Below are positions 12,985 through 26,638 of a stretch of 64,000 nt of DNA, piece after piece. The notes below the pieces were generated by a model. The model was given only the letters and a program-made list of their open reading frames with translations. It did no database searches and was not told the DNA's origin. Made by a program: the position numbers and the translations under genes. Numbering within the stretch: position 1 is the first letter of the stretch; each line of letters opens with the position of its first letter. The DNA lies in NCBI RefSeq assembly GCF_006345805.1, contig NW_021834580.1, forward strand, positions 3,478 through 67,477, written 5' to 3'. This DNA is from Octopus sinensis. Its lineage: Eukaryota.

Positions 12985-15720
12985 TTATGAGATGAGAGTG
13001 CGATTTTTGTTTTGGGCGGATGGCACGGGGCCCAAGCCTTGGATGTACCTTAAGGTGATGCCAACATCATTTGGGCAATGCTGATGGAATATTTTCCACA
13101 TCATGCAGATGATGTAGCGCTCACGACGACGTTGGAGAGAATAGAGTTTTAGCTTTTCTAGTCGACCCCAATAGTCGAGGCCTGTCATGCCATCTATCTT
13201 TTTTGTGATTGCTCTTTGAGGTGCTTCAACTTTTATGATACCTTGTATTGTGTGGGGAGACCACAGTGGACAACAGTATTCAAGGTGGGGTCGGCAAAAG
13301 TGGAGAAGAGAAGGATAATGGTGTGGATATCTCTCGACTGGAAAGTTCTGAGAATCCAGGAACACATTCTGCTGCGGCCATGTCAACTTTGGTGTTTATA
13401 TGAGTGGCCCAGCTTATGTTGTTGTCCACAATTACTCCCAAGTCTCTGATGTTGTTGGACGCCGCGAGAGTTTCACCTGAAGGAAGGGAGTATGGGAGTT
13501 TCAGGGCATCCTCTTTTCCAAAGTGGATTAGCTCAAATTTATCCTCGTTCAGCAGCATATTGTTTTTTTCTGCCCATTGGATAACAGCCAGTAGATCTGA
13601 CTGAAGGCATGTCCGGTCACTCGCCTCATTTATGACCTTCTGTAGCTTGGAGTCATCTGCAAATATTTTTATGTTGCTGTGCTTGATGATGTCATTAATG
13701 TCATTATGTAAATGATGAAAAGAAGTGGGCCCAGCACAGTGCCTTGCGGAACGCCACTACTGACTTTGGCTGGGCTTGATTTTACCCCTTCAACTACAAC
13801 ATGTTGAGATCTGTCTGTCAGGAAACACTTGATCCATTTCAGTAACTTTCCAGAGACACCAATGTTGGATAGTTTTTTCAATAGGATCTTGTGATCGACC
13901 CTGTCGAAGGCCTTACTGAAATCAAGGTAGATGACATCGGTGTGGAGCCCTCTCCCAAAGCTCTCAAAATGTTCTCAAAGTGATGCAGGAGCTGCGTTAG
14001 GCAGTCCCTTCCATTACGGAACCCATGTTGGTTGGAGATCAGCCGTCTGTTGCTTTCCAGAAATTGGGTTATTCGAGATCTCACCACCCTCTCAAATACC
14101 TTGATGATATGAGAGGTGAGTGAGATCGGACGGTAATTCACTGCAAGGGACTTGTTTCCCTTTTTGAAAACTGGGACAACAGACTGGGACAGCAGGTTTT
14201 TTGGAATATAGCCAGCATCCAGTGAGTTTCTCCACAGATTAGCAACGGGAGATGCAAGTTGGTGTCGACACACCTTCAGGACACAAGCAGGGAACCTATC
14301 GGGGCCTACTGCTGAATTGTGTTTTATTTCGTTTATCGCCGCTAAGACATCAGGGGCACTAAACGTTATGTCCGATATAGTGTGTTGGGGGTTGACATCA
14401 CTGATACAGCCCAGATCGGCCATATCAGGATTGCTGAAAACAGAGCAGTATTGTTTCTGCAGTATCTCGGCCATGGATTTGGCATTATCTTGGAGAGTGC
14501 CAGTTTCGTCAATTAGAGGGCCTACAGTGGAGACAGTGACCCTGCGTTTCCTCGCAAATGAAAAGAACACTTTGGGGTTGAGTTTGATTTTTTCAATGGC
14601 CCACTTCTCCTCAGCTGATCTTTGGTTATTGATGAGGGTCTTCATGCATTGTTGGAGGTTATATTTTTTGGATTCAAGCAGTGCGATAGCCGTCGAATGT
14701 GTGTGTTGCTGTTGGCAGTACTTTAGTTTGTTAATTTTTTGTTTGTTCTTTTTATTTTTCTGATAATGGTTTTTCTGTTTTGGGGGATTCTGCACTTTTT
14801 GTTCACAGGTCTTGGTGGGGAGTGTTTTGCACATATGTCTGTGACGGTGTCTACAAAGATCTGCCAAGATGTTTTATGGTTGGTGGAGATGTGTGTATGT
14901 GTAAAGGACCAGTCAACATGTGATAGCTCGTTCCTGATTGCATCCCAGTTGGCGTTATGGAGATCCATGTTGTCAAATGGGTGGGCTGGAGGGAGGTCAC
15001 TAGGATTAGCTTTCGGCTGGTGGAATTTCATGTTACAGAGAACCATGTCATGGTCTGAAAGAAGGGTTTTTTCCACTGTAACGTTATGTATAGTGTTAGT
15101 GTGGTTACTAAACACTAGGTCCAAAATGTTCTGATGTCTTGTTGGTGCAAGGACAAGTTGGGACAAGAAAAACTCATTCGTAAAGTCGAAAAGTGACTCT
15201 GCTGCTTCTTTGTCAGCGGTTGAGGCGGGAGTGCTTGGTTTCAAACAGTTTGTAGTCCAGTCAACACAGGGTAGATTGAAGTCTCCCATCATGAGTATGT
15301 TGCTAGAATGGCACTGTTGAATAAAGCACTTAATGCTGTTGAGGCATTCTTTAAAGCACAGTATGGGTGTTTGGGGCGGCCTATAGAGCCCAATTACTGT
15401 CAGGTCATTGGCTTTGTTGTGCACGGTGACTGATTCACAGTAGCCGTTGGAGAATATACTATTTCCATCTGCCGTAAATGAATCATGCAGGAAAATGGCA
15501 GTTCCACCCTTCCTCCTGCCGATACGATCCGCGCGGATGGTTGTGAAATTCTTCACTCTCACTTCGGCTTCCAAGTGGGAGTTGTCAAGGTGGGTCTCAG
15601 TGAGAATGAAGAAAGGGATGTGGTGTGATGGTTACCAACCCAGTCTTCAATGAATTGGACCTTCCATTTTTGTGCATTGATGGAAGGGCTGACACCTTGT
15701 GCATTGAGTAGGAATGTGGA
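12985..15720 (-). pseudogene. LINE ORF2 apurinic endonuclease-reverse transcriptase, split by several frameshifts
   Basis: ORF-track segments 14723-15574, 13878-14867, 13669-13881, 13280-13558 and 12985-13386 are consecutive APE/RT/C-terminal pieces. Confidence 0.93.
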
Positions 15721-15776
15721 GGTTAGTGTAGTGGCTGGTTTTGACTGTTGCAGGGGGCTTGGATTTTTTGTGTGTG

Positions 15777-16995
15777 TTAGTGGCAGCAATGTGGGGAATT
15801 GGTGCACTGGGGTAATAGCATAGGATGGTGTTGAGTGATGGCTAGAATGTTTTTGTGTATCTCTTTTGCCATGTTCAACATGGCTAAAAAAGAATTTTCC
15901 TGCTTAGGGAGCAGTTTTTGGCTGGAGGTGTGGTTGCACTGTTGGATAGGGTTGTAGTTTCCACTTTTGTTGTTGTTGTTTTTGTGTCTTCCTGAAAAGA
16001 CTGGACCAGCATTACTGCAGAATGGTGTGTTTCTATTTTTATTTTTATTCAGGTTTGTGTGTTGGCTTGAAGCCCCGTTTCTGTTTGTGCGTCGGGTCCC
16101 TGGAAGATGAGTGAAGGGACAGTCACTCAGTAGACATGTTCTCTCACGTTGGGAACACCGGCAGATTTTGGGACTCCGAGTTGTGTGTATTTTGAATTTC
16201 GATTTACTATTTGGTGGTGTTGATGTTATTGTGGGATGCGTGCTTTGGCCTTGGCCGGTAGTGCGTCTAGTGCCGGGTAGATGCGTGAAGATGCAGTCAC
16301 TATTTGTGCAGAGTCTCTGGCGCAGTGAATAGCGGCATATTTGGGGATTTCTTGTTTGTGCCGTGGGGGGCGCATTCTGCTTCCTATGTTTCTTTAAGTT
16401 TTTGTTACTCCAGTAGTATTGAGGTGGTGATGTGGGGCAGTGGTTTCTTATTTGGTTTTCTGTTGGTATTTTTGGTGATAGAAGACGATGGTGGCAGCGG
16501 TGGTGATGATGATGATGATAATTGTGGTGGTTGCTGTGAGAGCGGTGAAAAGATACTGGCATTTAGTGAATCATCTAGTAAGCTAGAGTTGAGGAGTGGC
16601 TATTGTTGTTCTTGTTGCTGTGGCTGTTGTTGTTGTTGTTGTGCTTGACCGATGTTAGGGTCAGCCATTGTGCTGGGAACCAAGAGTGACTCATTCTGTT
16701 GTTGTTGTTGTTGTGGCTGCTGATTTTCTAGCTGTTGCTGTTCTTGAACTGTGAAAATATGAAGAAGCTTTTCATAATGGCCTTTTGTCAGTTTGAAAGA
16801 TACTTCGATATGTTTCAGCTTGCTACGAATCTGTTTGACGGATCGTGTGTTGACCACTTGTGATGTTTTTCGGCAATCTCATTCAAACACAAACATTTAG
16901 ATTTTCTGTTTGGGAAAGAGAGAACCAGTGGTTATTAAAACATCAATTTCGTTATCAGACCAATTTCGTCTGTTGTAGGCCTGCAAGTTAGTCAT
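15777..16995 (-). pseudogene. LINE ORF1 (frameshifted): Myb/SANT-like N-terminus, polyQ/polyH, two CCCH-type fingers
   Basis: ATG at 16995 opens MTNLQAYNRRNWSDNEIDVLI; after frame shifts it reads NEIAEK and VNTRSVKQIRSKLKHI. The ORF track shows CRYSLRQRLCTNSDCIFTH and CRCSQRERTCLLSDCPFTH (C-x8-C-x4-C-x3-H). Confidence 0.7.
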
Positions 16996-17400
16996 GTTTG
17001 TTTTTCTTTTGTTTGTTTTCCTTTTGATTTTTGAAAATATATATATTCTTTCTTGGGAGTTAAAGAAGTGTATATATATATAAATGTTCTCTCTTAAGGG
17101 TGTGAGTTTTTGATTATTTGGTTGTTTGAGGATATTAAAAGAAAAACAGGTGTATATAACAATTTGTAGTTAAATGAAAACGTACTTACGGGTTTGTAGG
17201 CAAACACGTGGTTACAAATATATATATATTTAAGATCAGTTAGTTTTGAAGCTGTGTAGCTTACTACTGACTTGGGAGAGAAACAAATAGACGTCCGTCC
17301 ACTTCAACAGTTAATCCATATATATATATTCTTTTATTTATTTCTGTCATTTGACTGCGGCCACGATTTATTTTTTGTAAACCTAGTACTTATTCTATCA

Positions 17401-17678
17401 AGAAAAATAGGACGAATGCTGCCGTTGATTAGCTCCAAGAGGCCATCGCCTCTAGCTAGCTATGTGACACACGAAACTGTGTCCATTGTGTTCGGCTGCT
17501 CTACATTGATAAAGGGAAAATACCCTGAAACTAGTCTGTGGATGCCAGACCAGCAAAGGGAAGCGGCTGACCTTCTCTGTTCGAAGGTTATAATGGACAC
17601 AAGTTCGTGTGTCACATAGCTAGCTAGAGGCGATGGCCTCTTGGAGCTAATCAACGGCAGCATTCGTCCTATTTTTCT
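17401..17678. repeat. 87-bp near-perfect inverted repeat around a ~104-bp spacer (MITE-like fold-back)
   Basis: 17401-17487 is the reverse complement of 17592-17678 with 1-2 mismatches. Confidence 0.9.
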
Positions 17679-17777
17679 GGACTGCCATGTTAGCTTGGGC
17701 TATAACTATATATAACATATATATATACAAATATACATATATATACATATAATACATATATATATATATATATATAC

Positions 17778-17845
<68 letters not shown>

Positions 17846-17984
17846 GCGTATATAAATATATGTGTGTGTGTGTGGAATGATTCATCAAGTTGCTATATCT
17901 AGTTCTTCACTTGCAGTTTTTAATTTCTGTATTAACCTTAACATCATAACAAACAACCCTAGCGTCAATCCCACTACCACCACT

Positions 17985-18143
17985 TAACCACCACCGCCAC
18001 CACGCAACCACTACTGCCACCACTATCAGCAGACAACCACGAACAACAACATATAATCACCACCACCACCTCGACTACCACTACCACCACATAAACATCA
18101 GCATCGGCATCACACATCCACTACCACCGCACACTACTACTAA

Positions 18144-18175
<32 letters not shown>

Positions 18176-18216
18176 ACATCTACTACTACTACTACTACTT
18201 ACAACTACTACTTACA

Positions 18217-18256
<40 letters not shown>

Positions 18257-18660
18257 ACTACTACTACTATTACTACTTACTACTACTACTACTTACTACT
18301 ACTACTACTACTACTTACTACTACTACTACTACTACTACTTACAACTACTACTTACAACAACTACTACTACTACTACTACTACTACTTACTACTACTACT
18401 TACTACTACTACTACTTACAACTACTACTTAGTACTACTACTACTTACTACTACTACTTACAACTACTACTTACAACAACTACTTACTACTACTACTTAC
18501 TACTACTTAAAACAACAACAACTACTACTACTACTACTACTTACAACTACTACTTACAACTACTACTTACAACTACTACTACTACTTACTACTACTTACT
18601 ACTACTACTACTACTACTACTTACTACTACTACTACTACTTACTACTACTTACTACTACT

Positions 18661-18715
<55 letters not shown>

Positions 18716-18716
18716 A
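17985..18716. repeat. (ACC)n grading into long imperfect (ACT)n/(ACTT) microsatellite
   Basis: Direct reading of the sequence. Confidence 0.95.
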
Positions 18717-19126
18717 AATGTATTAGCAATTATCTGCGGATAAGAATTATCGCCGGATTTTCACAAATACGAAATTCAATATCTGTTTTTTTTTTTAAGA
18801 TAACTTGAAACTAATTCTGATTTTATGGAATCGCGTTTCTCTTTTGGTCTCTCATTCTATCGACCAGAATCTTTGGCTGGTTGGTGTTTTCTTCTTTGTT
18901 TTTTGTTTGTTTTGTTTTCTGAGGGTTTTGTTTGTTTTTTTTTTTTGTTAACTGCTCTTTTTTGTTTCCTTGTTATAAAATGTTGCTTTTGATAACTTAG
19001 CGCAGTCGCAGTGATTAACTTAGCTTTCACATTAGCCATGAGTCATTAACAAATTTATTCCATATATATATATGTATATACGTTTATATGTGTGTATGTG
19101 TGTATGTAGTGTGTTGTATATATATA

Positions 19127-19184
<58 letters not shown>

Positions 19185-19201
19185 TATATATATATAGATA
19201 T

Positions 19202-19267
<66 letters not shown>

Positions 19268-19723
19268 GGTGGTATGTATTAATATCTATTATATATCTAT
19301 GTAAGTATATGGTATATGTCTATGTATGTTTTGTGTGGTAAGTAGCTTGTTTACCAACCACATGGTTCCGGGTTCAGTCCCACTGCGGGGCACCTTGGGC
19401 AAGTGTCTTCTACTATAGCCTCGGGCCGACCAAAGCCTTGTGAGTGGATTTGGTAGACGGAAACTGAAAGAAGCCCGTCGTATATATGTATATATATATA
19501 TATGTATGTGTGTGTATATGTTTGTGTGTCTGTGTTTGTCCCCCTAGCATTGCTTGACAACCGATGCTGGTGTGTTTACGTCCCCGTCACCTAGCGGTTC
19601 GGCAAAAGAGACCGATAGAATAAGTACTGGGCTTACAAAGAATAAGTTCCGGGGTCGATTTGCTCGACGAAAGGCGGTGCTCTAGCATGGCCGTAGTCAA
19701 ATGACTGAAACAAGTAAAAGAGA

Positions 19724-19763
<40 letters not shown>

Positions 19764-19786
19764 ATATATATTATATATATATATAT

Positions 19787-19828
<42 letters not shown>

Positions 19829-19892
19829 TATATCTTTATATATCTATGTAAGTATATGGTTTATGTCTATGTATGTTTAGACAGATAGATAG

Positions 19893-19928
<36 letters not shown>

Positions 19929-19967
19929 AGAGAGATAAGTTTGCATAAACATGCATACATACAGACA

Positions 19968-20001
<34 letters not shown>

Positions 20002-22756
20002 CATACATACATACAAATGCATATACGTTTATATACATGGCAGAAACGTTAGCACGCCGGGCGAAATTCTTCGTCTGCCGTTACGTTCTGAGTTCAAATT
20101 CCACCGAGGTCGACTTTGCCTGTCATCCTTTCGGGATCTATAAATTACGTAACAGTTACGCACTGGGGTCGATGTAATCAACTTAATCCTTTTGTCTGTC
20201 CTTGTTTGTCCCCTCTATGTTTAGCCCCTTGTGGGCAGTAAAGAAATATGGAAACTGAAAGAAGACTGTCGTATGTGTGTGCTTATGTGTGTGTCTCTAT
20301 GTGTGTGTATGTGACTGTATCCCACCACCACTTGACAACCAGTGTCGGAGTGTTTACATCCGTGTAACTTCGTCTAAAAATTTCTTCGTGGCGATGCCTC
20401 AGCATGGCTGCAGCCTAAGGAGTGAAACAAGTAAGCGATAAAAGATATAAATGAGTTTACCTTCTCCTACAAGGAAGTTTTATCGTTTCTTTACTACCCA
20501 CAAGGGGCTAAACATAGAGGGGACAAACAAGGACAGACACACGGATTAAGTCGATTACATCGACCCCAGTGCGTAACTGGTACTTAATTTATCGACCCCG
20601 AAAGAATGAAAGGCAAAGTCGACCTCGGCGGAATTTGAACTCAGAACGTAGCGACGGGCGAAATACCGCGAAGCACTTCGCCCGGCGTGCTAACGTCTCT
20701 GCCAGCTCGCCAAGGTTCTTTCACTCCCAGTGGTTCACATGCTAATTAACCTATTACTGGGACTCTTAAAGGTACTACTACTTCGAGTCAGAGTAGATAT
20801 GGGATCAATATTGGCAAGAGATAGTTCCACACTCTTCAAAACCCTGGAAAACCGTAACAAGAGCCCAATACATACATACGTATATATACATAAATATACA
20901 TAGATACGTATATGCATCCAAATGCAAACATATATATATAGATATATACATAGCATACTTTTGCTCTTTACTCTTTTACTCTTTTACTTGTTGACTGTGG
21001 TCATGCTGGAGCACCGCCTTTAGTCGAGAAAAGTCGACCCCACGACTTATTCTTTGTAAGCCTAGTACTTATGCTATCGGGGTCTTTTGCCGAACCGCTA
21101 AGTTACGGGGACGTGTACACACCAGCATCGGTTGTCAAGCGATGTTGGGGGGACAAACACAGACACACACACATATACACACACATACACACACACACAC
21201 GCATATATATATATATATATATATAATATATATATATATATCTATATATATATATATATACATATATACGACGGGCTTCTTTCAGTTTCCGTCTACCAAA
21301 TCCACTCACAAGGTTTTCGGTCGGCCCGAGGCCATAGTAGAAGACACTTGCTCAAGGTGCCACGCAGTGAGACTGAACCCGAAATCATGTAGTTGATAAG
21401 CAAGCTACTTACCACACAGCCACTCCTACGCTTACATGCAAACGGACATACAAATATAGCAACATACATACATTCATATATACATGCATGCATATACAGT
21501 AGAACTCCTCTAATTTTAACGTGCGCTATGTTCAAGTTAGAGGAAGGTGTTCAAATTACGAGAAGAAAATGCATAAGGGTGTTAAAATATTTCCTCTTAC
21601 ATTTCCAGGCACCCCCGCTAGTATTTAATGTATATATTAAGGTGAGTACATAATATATTTTAAAGGCGCAGGAGTGGCTGTGTGGTAAGCAGCTTGTTTA
21701 CCAACCACATGGCTCCGGGTTAAGTCCCACTGCGTGGCACCTTGGGCAAGTGTCTTCTACTATAGCCTCGGGCCGACCAAAGCCTTGTGAGTGGATTTGG
21801 TAGACGGAAACTGAAAGCAGCCTGTCGTATGTATATATATATGTATGTGTGTTTGTGTGTCTGTGTTTGTCCCCCTAGCATTGCTTGACAACCGATGCTG
21901 GTGTGTTTATGCCCCCGTTACTTAGCGGTTCGTCAAAAAGAGACCGATAGAATATGTACTGGGCTTACAAAAGAACAAGTCCCGGGGTCGAGTTGCTCGA
22001 TTAAAGGTGGTGCTCCAGTATGACCGCAGTCCATAATTTTATTCATTCATTGAATGAGTTCTTCACTTTCGTTTCTGTCTTCAATTATGGAACTCACGGG
22101 GGCTGCCATGAAACTCCACTATATCCTGATGCTGTAGTCTCTTTATGATAATATCCTTTCGAAGTGACATTCTTTGCAAAACATAGTTGTCACTAAAGCA
22201 AGGATTTCTTTCTAGAAATTTTATCACTATCTCCATTGACTTTTCTGCATTATCCCATAACATTTCCCCATTAGAGTGTTCTTGGCCATTTACATTAGAC
22301 TCACTCGAATGGGAACTGTCGCTGTCGCTAATTTCAGGACCATTATTTTCTTCAGGATATTGTTCAACTGGCAGAAACGTTAGCACGCCGGGCGAAATGC
22401 GTAGCCGTATTTCGTCTGCCGTTACGTTCTGGGTTCAAATTCCGCCGAGGTCGACTTTGCCTTTCATCCTTTCATGGTCGATAAATTAAGTACCAGTTAC
22501 GCACTGGAGTCGATATAATCGACTTAATCCACTTTGTCCTTGTGTTTAGCCCCTTGTGGGTAGTAAAGAAATATATTGTTCAGTGGTTTCTTCATTTTGT
22601 CGCATCCCCATTTCAACTTCATTTGCATCAAGTGATTGAAGAACGGTGTTTGGTTGGAAATCGTGTAGTTTCAAGAATATTTTGTACTCCAGATTCATTC
22701 TCTGCTTCTTTCACTTCAGGAGCACTGGACGCTGGGTATAATTTTCCCCAGCTGAG

Positions 22757-22930
22757 GAATTACAACCGTGTTTCGTGGTCTGCTACCACAACAGCTCCTT
22801 TACAGGATCCAGTTAGCTCAAGACATCATCAGGAGGAACCACGTCCGGTTTCGGCCCCTACTCCTCTACCGTTTTGACGTGGTGGTGCCCCCCCTTTCGG
22901 AGGTGTCTTCAGCTCTGGTGTTGGGTGTGG
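22757..22930 (-). mobile_element. Short copy of the sequence at 41303-41447 (probable 5'-truncated retroelement 3' end) inside the Tigger
   Basis: AACCGTGTTTCGTGGTCTGCTACCAC...CATCATCAGGAGGAACCACGT...TTTCGGAGGTGTCTTCAGCTCTGGTGTTGGGTG is shared by both sites. Confidence 0.7.
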
Positions 22931-24557
22931 CTCGAACCTACTTCTTTGCACTTGCGAGGAAAAAAAAAAGCGACATCTTTGATAGTAAATAGCGCTGGAA
23001 ATTGCCTGTACTAACATTGTTATTTATCATATTGATCATGAAATCATTTCTGTAGAAACATTTTAAGTTCCAATTAATCCCTTGGTCCCATAGGTTGTAT
23101 GAGAGATGTCACATTCGGTGGTAAGTAGCACACAAAAACATTCCCGCACGATGACTCACATTTTGTCTCGTGGGGATGTGCTCTACAATTGTCTAATAGC
23201 AGTAGGCACTTTGAATCAGATTTACCTGATTCGTGAGAGCGCTTTTTGCACAGCTGGCACAAATACTTTTATGAACAAATGCTGATACATCAATTTTTTT
23301 TTTTGAGGGGGGGGTGATGAATGATATGATACAGGTAAAGGTGAAACTCCTTTCAATGCTCGGAGACACTTAGATTTACCAATGACAAAAAGCTTAAGTT
23401 TATGAGTTCCAGAAGCATTAGCACATACCATCACTGTAAGTCTCTTTTTATTTAATTTGAATCCTTTATTTTCTGCTCGTCTGATCCAGCTAAAGTTTTT
23501 GTGAGTAAGCACTTCCAATTTATATCAGTTTCATCAGGCGCAGGAGTGGCTGTGTGGTAAGTAGCTTGCTAACCAACTACATGGTTCCGGGTTCAGTCCC
23601 ACTGCGTGGCATCTTGGGCAAGTGTCTTCTACTAAAGCCCCGGGCCGACCAATACCTTGTGAGTGGATTTGGTAGACGGAAACTGAAAGAAGCCTGTCGT
23701 ATATATGTATATATATATATATATATGTATGTATGTGTGTGTATGTGTTTGTGTGTTTGTCCCCCTAACATTGCTTGACAACCGATGCTGGTGTGTTTAC
23801 GTCCCCGTCACTTAGCGGTTCGGCAAAAGAGACCGATAGAATAAGTACTGGGCTTACAAAGAATAAGTCCCGGGGTCGATTTGCTCGACTAAAGGCGGTG
23901 CTCTAGCATGGCCGCAGTCAAATGACTGAAGCAAGTAAAAGAGTAAAGAGTATTATAAATATTATCTGGTGTTAAAGCATAGTCCTCAATTATTTAAAAA
24001 AAATTTTTTCACAATAAGTTGACGCTGGTAGCGTATCAGCTGAACGTTGTTCGCCTGAAATTGTTAATTGCCGTATGCTAAGTCTACTCTTAAAACTCCT
24101 AAGCCAGCCTTGGCTGAATTTCATATCTCTTGTGATATTCAACTCTTTCTTAAGAGACTCTGCTTTAGTAATTAACAAAGTGTCCCGATAGTGCTACACC
24201 TTCATTTCGCTTCGATAAAAACCATCCATGTAATATTTTATCGAATTCAACTTGCTTTGGTCCATGAAGGGTCTTTCTTCTTTTATTCTCAGAGAGAGGA
24301 GCAGCATTCAATATCTCCTACCTGTTCTTTTTTTTATATAGAACAGTATGCTCCTTCCAATCTTATAATCTTTCACTATATCACTATTTGCAAGTCCTGT
24401 ATCTAATGTTTCTAGAATTTAACGTTTCTCGAGTAATGTTAGTGTAACTTGTTTTCTTTTGATGGGGGTTGCTTTACACTATTTTCAATACAATACAATT
24501 AGGCAGTCTGAAAGGAAATAGAATATACAGTCGGTGGGAATTATCGTTAATCTACAT

Positions 24558-24776
24558 CAGTGGTTTTCAACCAGGGTTCCGCGGAACCTTAGGGTTCCGC
24601 CAATACAGTCCAGGGGTTCCGCAAGAAGTTACAAAACTGCTAAAATCGGCAGTAATTTTTAATTCTCCTGTGCAGATATGTGTGCATAAGGCTATTAAAT
24701 TATTGCACAGGGGTTCCTCGAGCCAGTGGAAAGTTTCCTTAGGGTTCCGCTCCAGCAAAACGTTTGAAAAGCACTG
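24558..24776. mobile_element. hAT (Charlie-like) MITE
   Basis: TIRs CAGTGGTTTTCAA / TTGAAAAGCACTG and a perfect 8-bp TSD ATCTACAT (24550-24557 and 24777-24784). Confidence 0.9.
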
Positions 24777-24959
24777 ATCTACATCAATTACACAATACCT
24801 AGATTAGTATTTCAGTACAATACCTGACTAAGACTATTTAAATTGTCTCACTGCAACTCTGCACCGAATATAAAAAATTAATTTGAGTTATGAAAAAGTC
24901 CAAGTTTAAAGGAAGTCCAAGATTAGAGGAAGTCCAAATTAGAGGGGTTCTATATAGGC

Positions 24960-25504
24960 ATACAGTCATAAATACATACATACATACGTATAGACAATAC
25001 ATGCATGCATGCATACATACACACATACATATATACTTACACACACACGCACACGCACGTGCACACACATACGCACACACGCGCGCGCACACACACGAAT
25101 GCATACATACATACATACCATACATACATACATACATACATACGTACGTACGTACGCACGTACATACATACATACATACGTACGTACGTACGCACGTACA
25201 TACATACATACGTACGTACGTACGTACGTAAGCATATACATACATACATACATACATACATACATACATACATACATACATACATACATGCATGCATGCA
25301 TGCATGCATACATACATACATACATGCATACATACATACATACATACATACATGCATGCATACATACATACATACATGCATACATATATACATACATACA
25401 TACGTACGTACGTATGCATATACATACATAACATTACATTACATGACATGTATACATAATACATAATTACAATACATGCATACATACATACATACATACA
25501 TACA

Positions 25505-25535
<31 letters not shown>
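24960..25535. repeat. Compound (CATA)n/(CA)n microsatellite; comparable tracts at 2765-3245, 11115-11435, 32100-32252, 55990-56580, 58320-58540
   Basis: Direct reading of the sequence. Confidence 0.95.
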
Positions 25536-25872
25536 GGTATTGTCTGTGCATGCGTGCAGACAATACTGGCATACATACAATTTTGGTTTCGGTCCAGTTC
25601 TTAATTAGAATATTTCTTTGAAGGTCACATTTGTTCCCCTTCTCTCTTACTTCTCTCTTCGCTCACAATATTTTCTCTGGGCAAAGAAATTGGCCGACAT
25701 ATTTCATTCCAAGAGAGATCAATGAAAACAGGCGACAACGAAATGAAATAACTTGGGCAGCCTGTAAACATCAAACAGAAAACTTCCTCGAATTTCAACT
25801 TCTTCCCCAATTTCTCATACTAAACTCTTACTTTCTCTCTCACACACAAACACACGCATATGCGCGCGCATA

Positions 25873-25907
<35 letters not shown>

Positions 25908-26214
25908 TCACTCACTAACTCACTCACTCACTGTACCATTATACATATGCACGTCTGTGTGTGCATATATATTCAAATGCTGTGTTACAAGCAGTTCAAT
26001 AATGTAATCGTGGCTGTGTGGTAAGTTACTTGTTTACCAACCACATGGTTCCGGGTTCAGTCCCACTGCGTGGCACCTTGGGCAAGTGTCTTCTACTATA
26101 GCCTCGGGGTCGACCAAAGCCTTGTGAGTGGATTTGGTAGACGGAAACTGAAAGAAGCCCGTCGTATATATGTATATATATTATATATATATTATATATA
26201 TTATATATATATAT

Positions 26215-26249
<35 letters not shown>

Positions 26250-26343
26250 CGTGTGTGTTTGTGTATCTGTGTTTGTCCTCATGCAGCAGTTGTACAGCGT
26301 TTCATAGACTCCAGATTAACGCTAATTGCGGGTTCCGAATAGG

Positions 26344-26607
26344 TGTTGGGTTGGTAACTAAGTTCCCTCGTTTTTTTTTATTAAAATTATTTTTAAATAC
26401 TCTTTTACTCTTTTACTTGTTTCAGTCATTTGACTGCGGCCATGCTGGAGCACCACCTTTAATCGAGCAACTCGACTCGGGACTTATTCTTTGTAAGCCC
26501 AGTACTTATTCTATCGGTCTCTTTTGCCGAACCGCTAAGTGATGGGGACATCAACACACCAGCATCGGTTGTCAAGCAATGTTGGAGGGACAAACACAGA
26601 CACACAA

Positions 26608-26638
<31 letters not shown>

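Larger units (their letters stand above)
12694..17317 (-). mobile_element. Near full-length CR1-type LINE (ORF1 + APE/RT ORF2 + 3' UTR + 8-bp tail repeat)
   Basis: APE motifs (LNAQG, ILTETH, GDFNLP, LDLVF, SDH) and RT motifs (VPVFKKG, YRPISLTS, QHGFR, SGVPQGTVLGPLLF, FADD, RPHLEYC). The 3' end is (ATCAAAGT)x3 at 12694-12719 and both flanks are (TA)n. Confidence 0.95.
21497..24955 (-). mobile_element. Tigger/pogo-family DNA transposon (decayed) with five nested insertions
   Basis: Left end TA|CAGTAGAACTCCTCTAATTT at 21497; right end AAATTAGAGGGGTTCTA at 24936-24952. CENP-B-type HTH (FSQGWLRSFKSR, 23990-24178) and DDE_1 motifs (KKRLTVMVCANASG; [11 protein letters not shown]; [13 protein letters not shown]). 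Confidence 0.88.

Noticed and set aside
22081-22386. Acidic 101-aa ORF as a host gene
   Set aside because: It lies between the Tigger TIRs downstream of the DDE domain and is best read as the transposase C-terminus.
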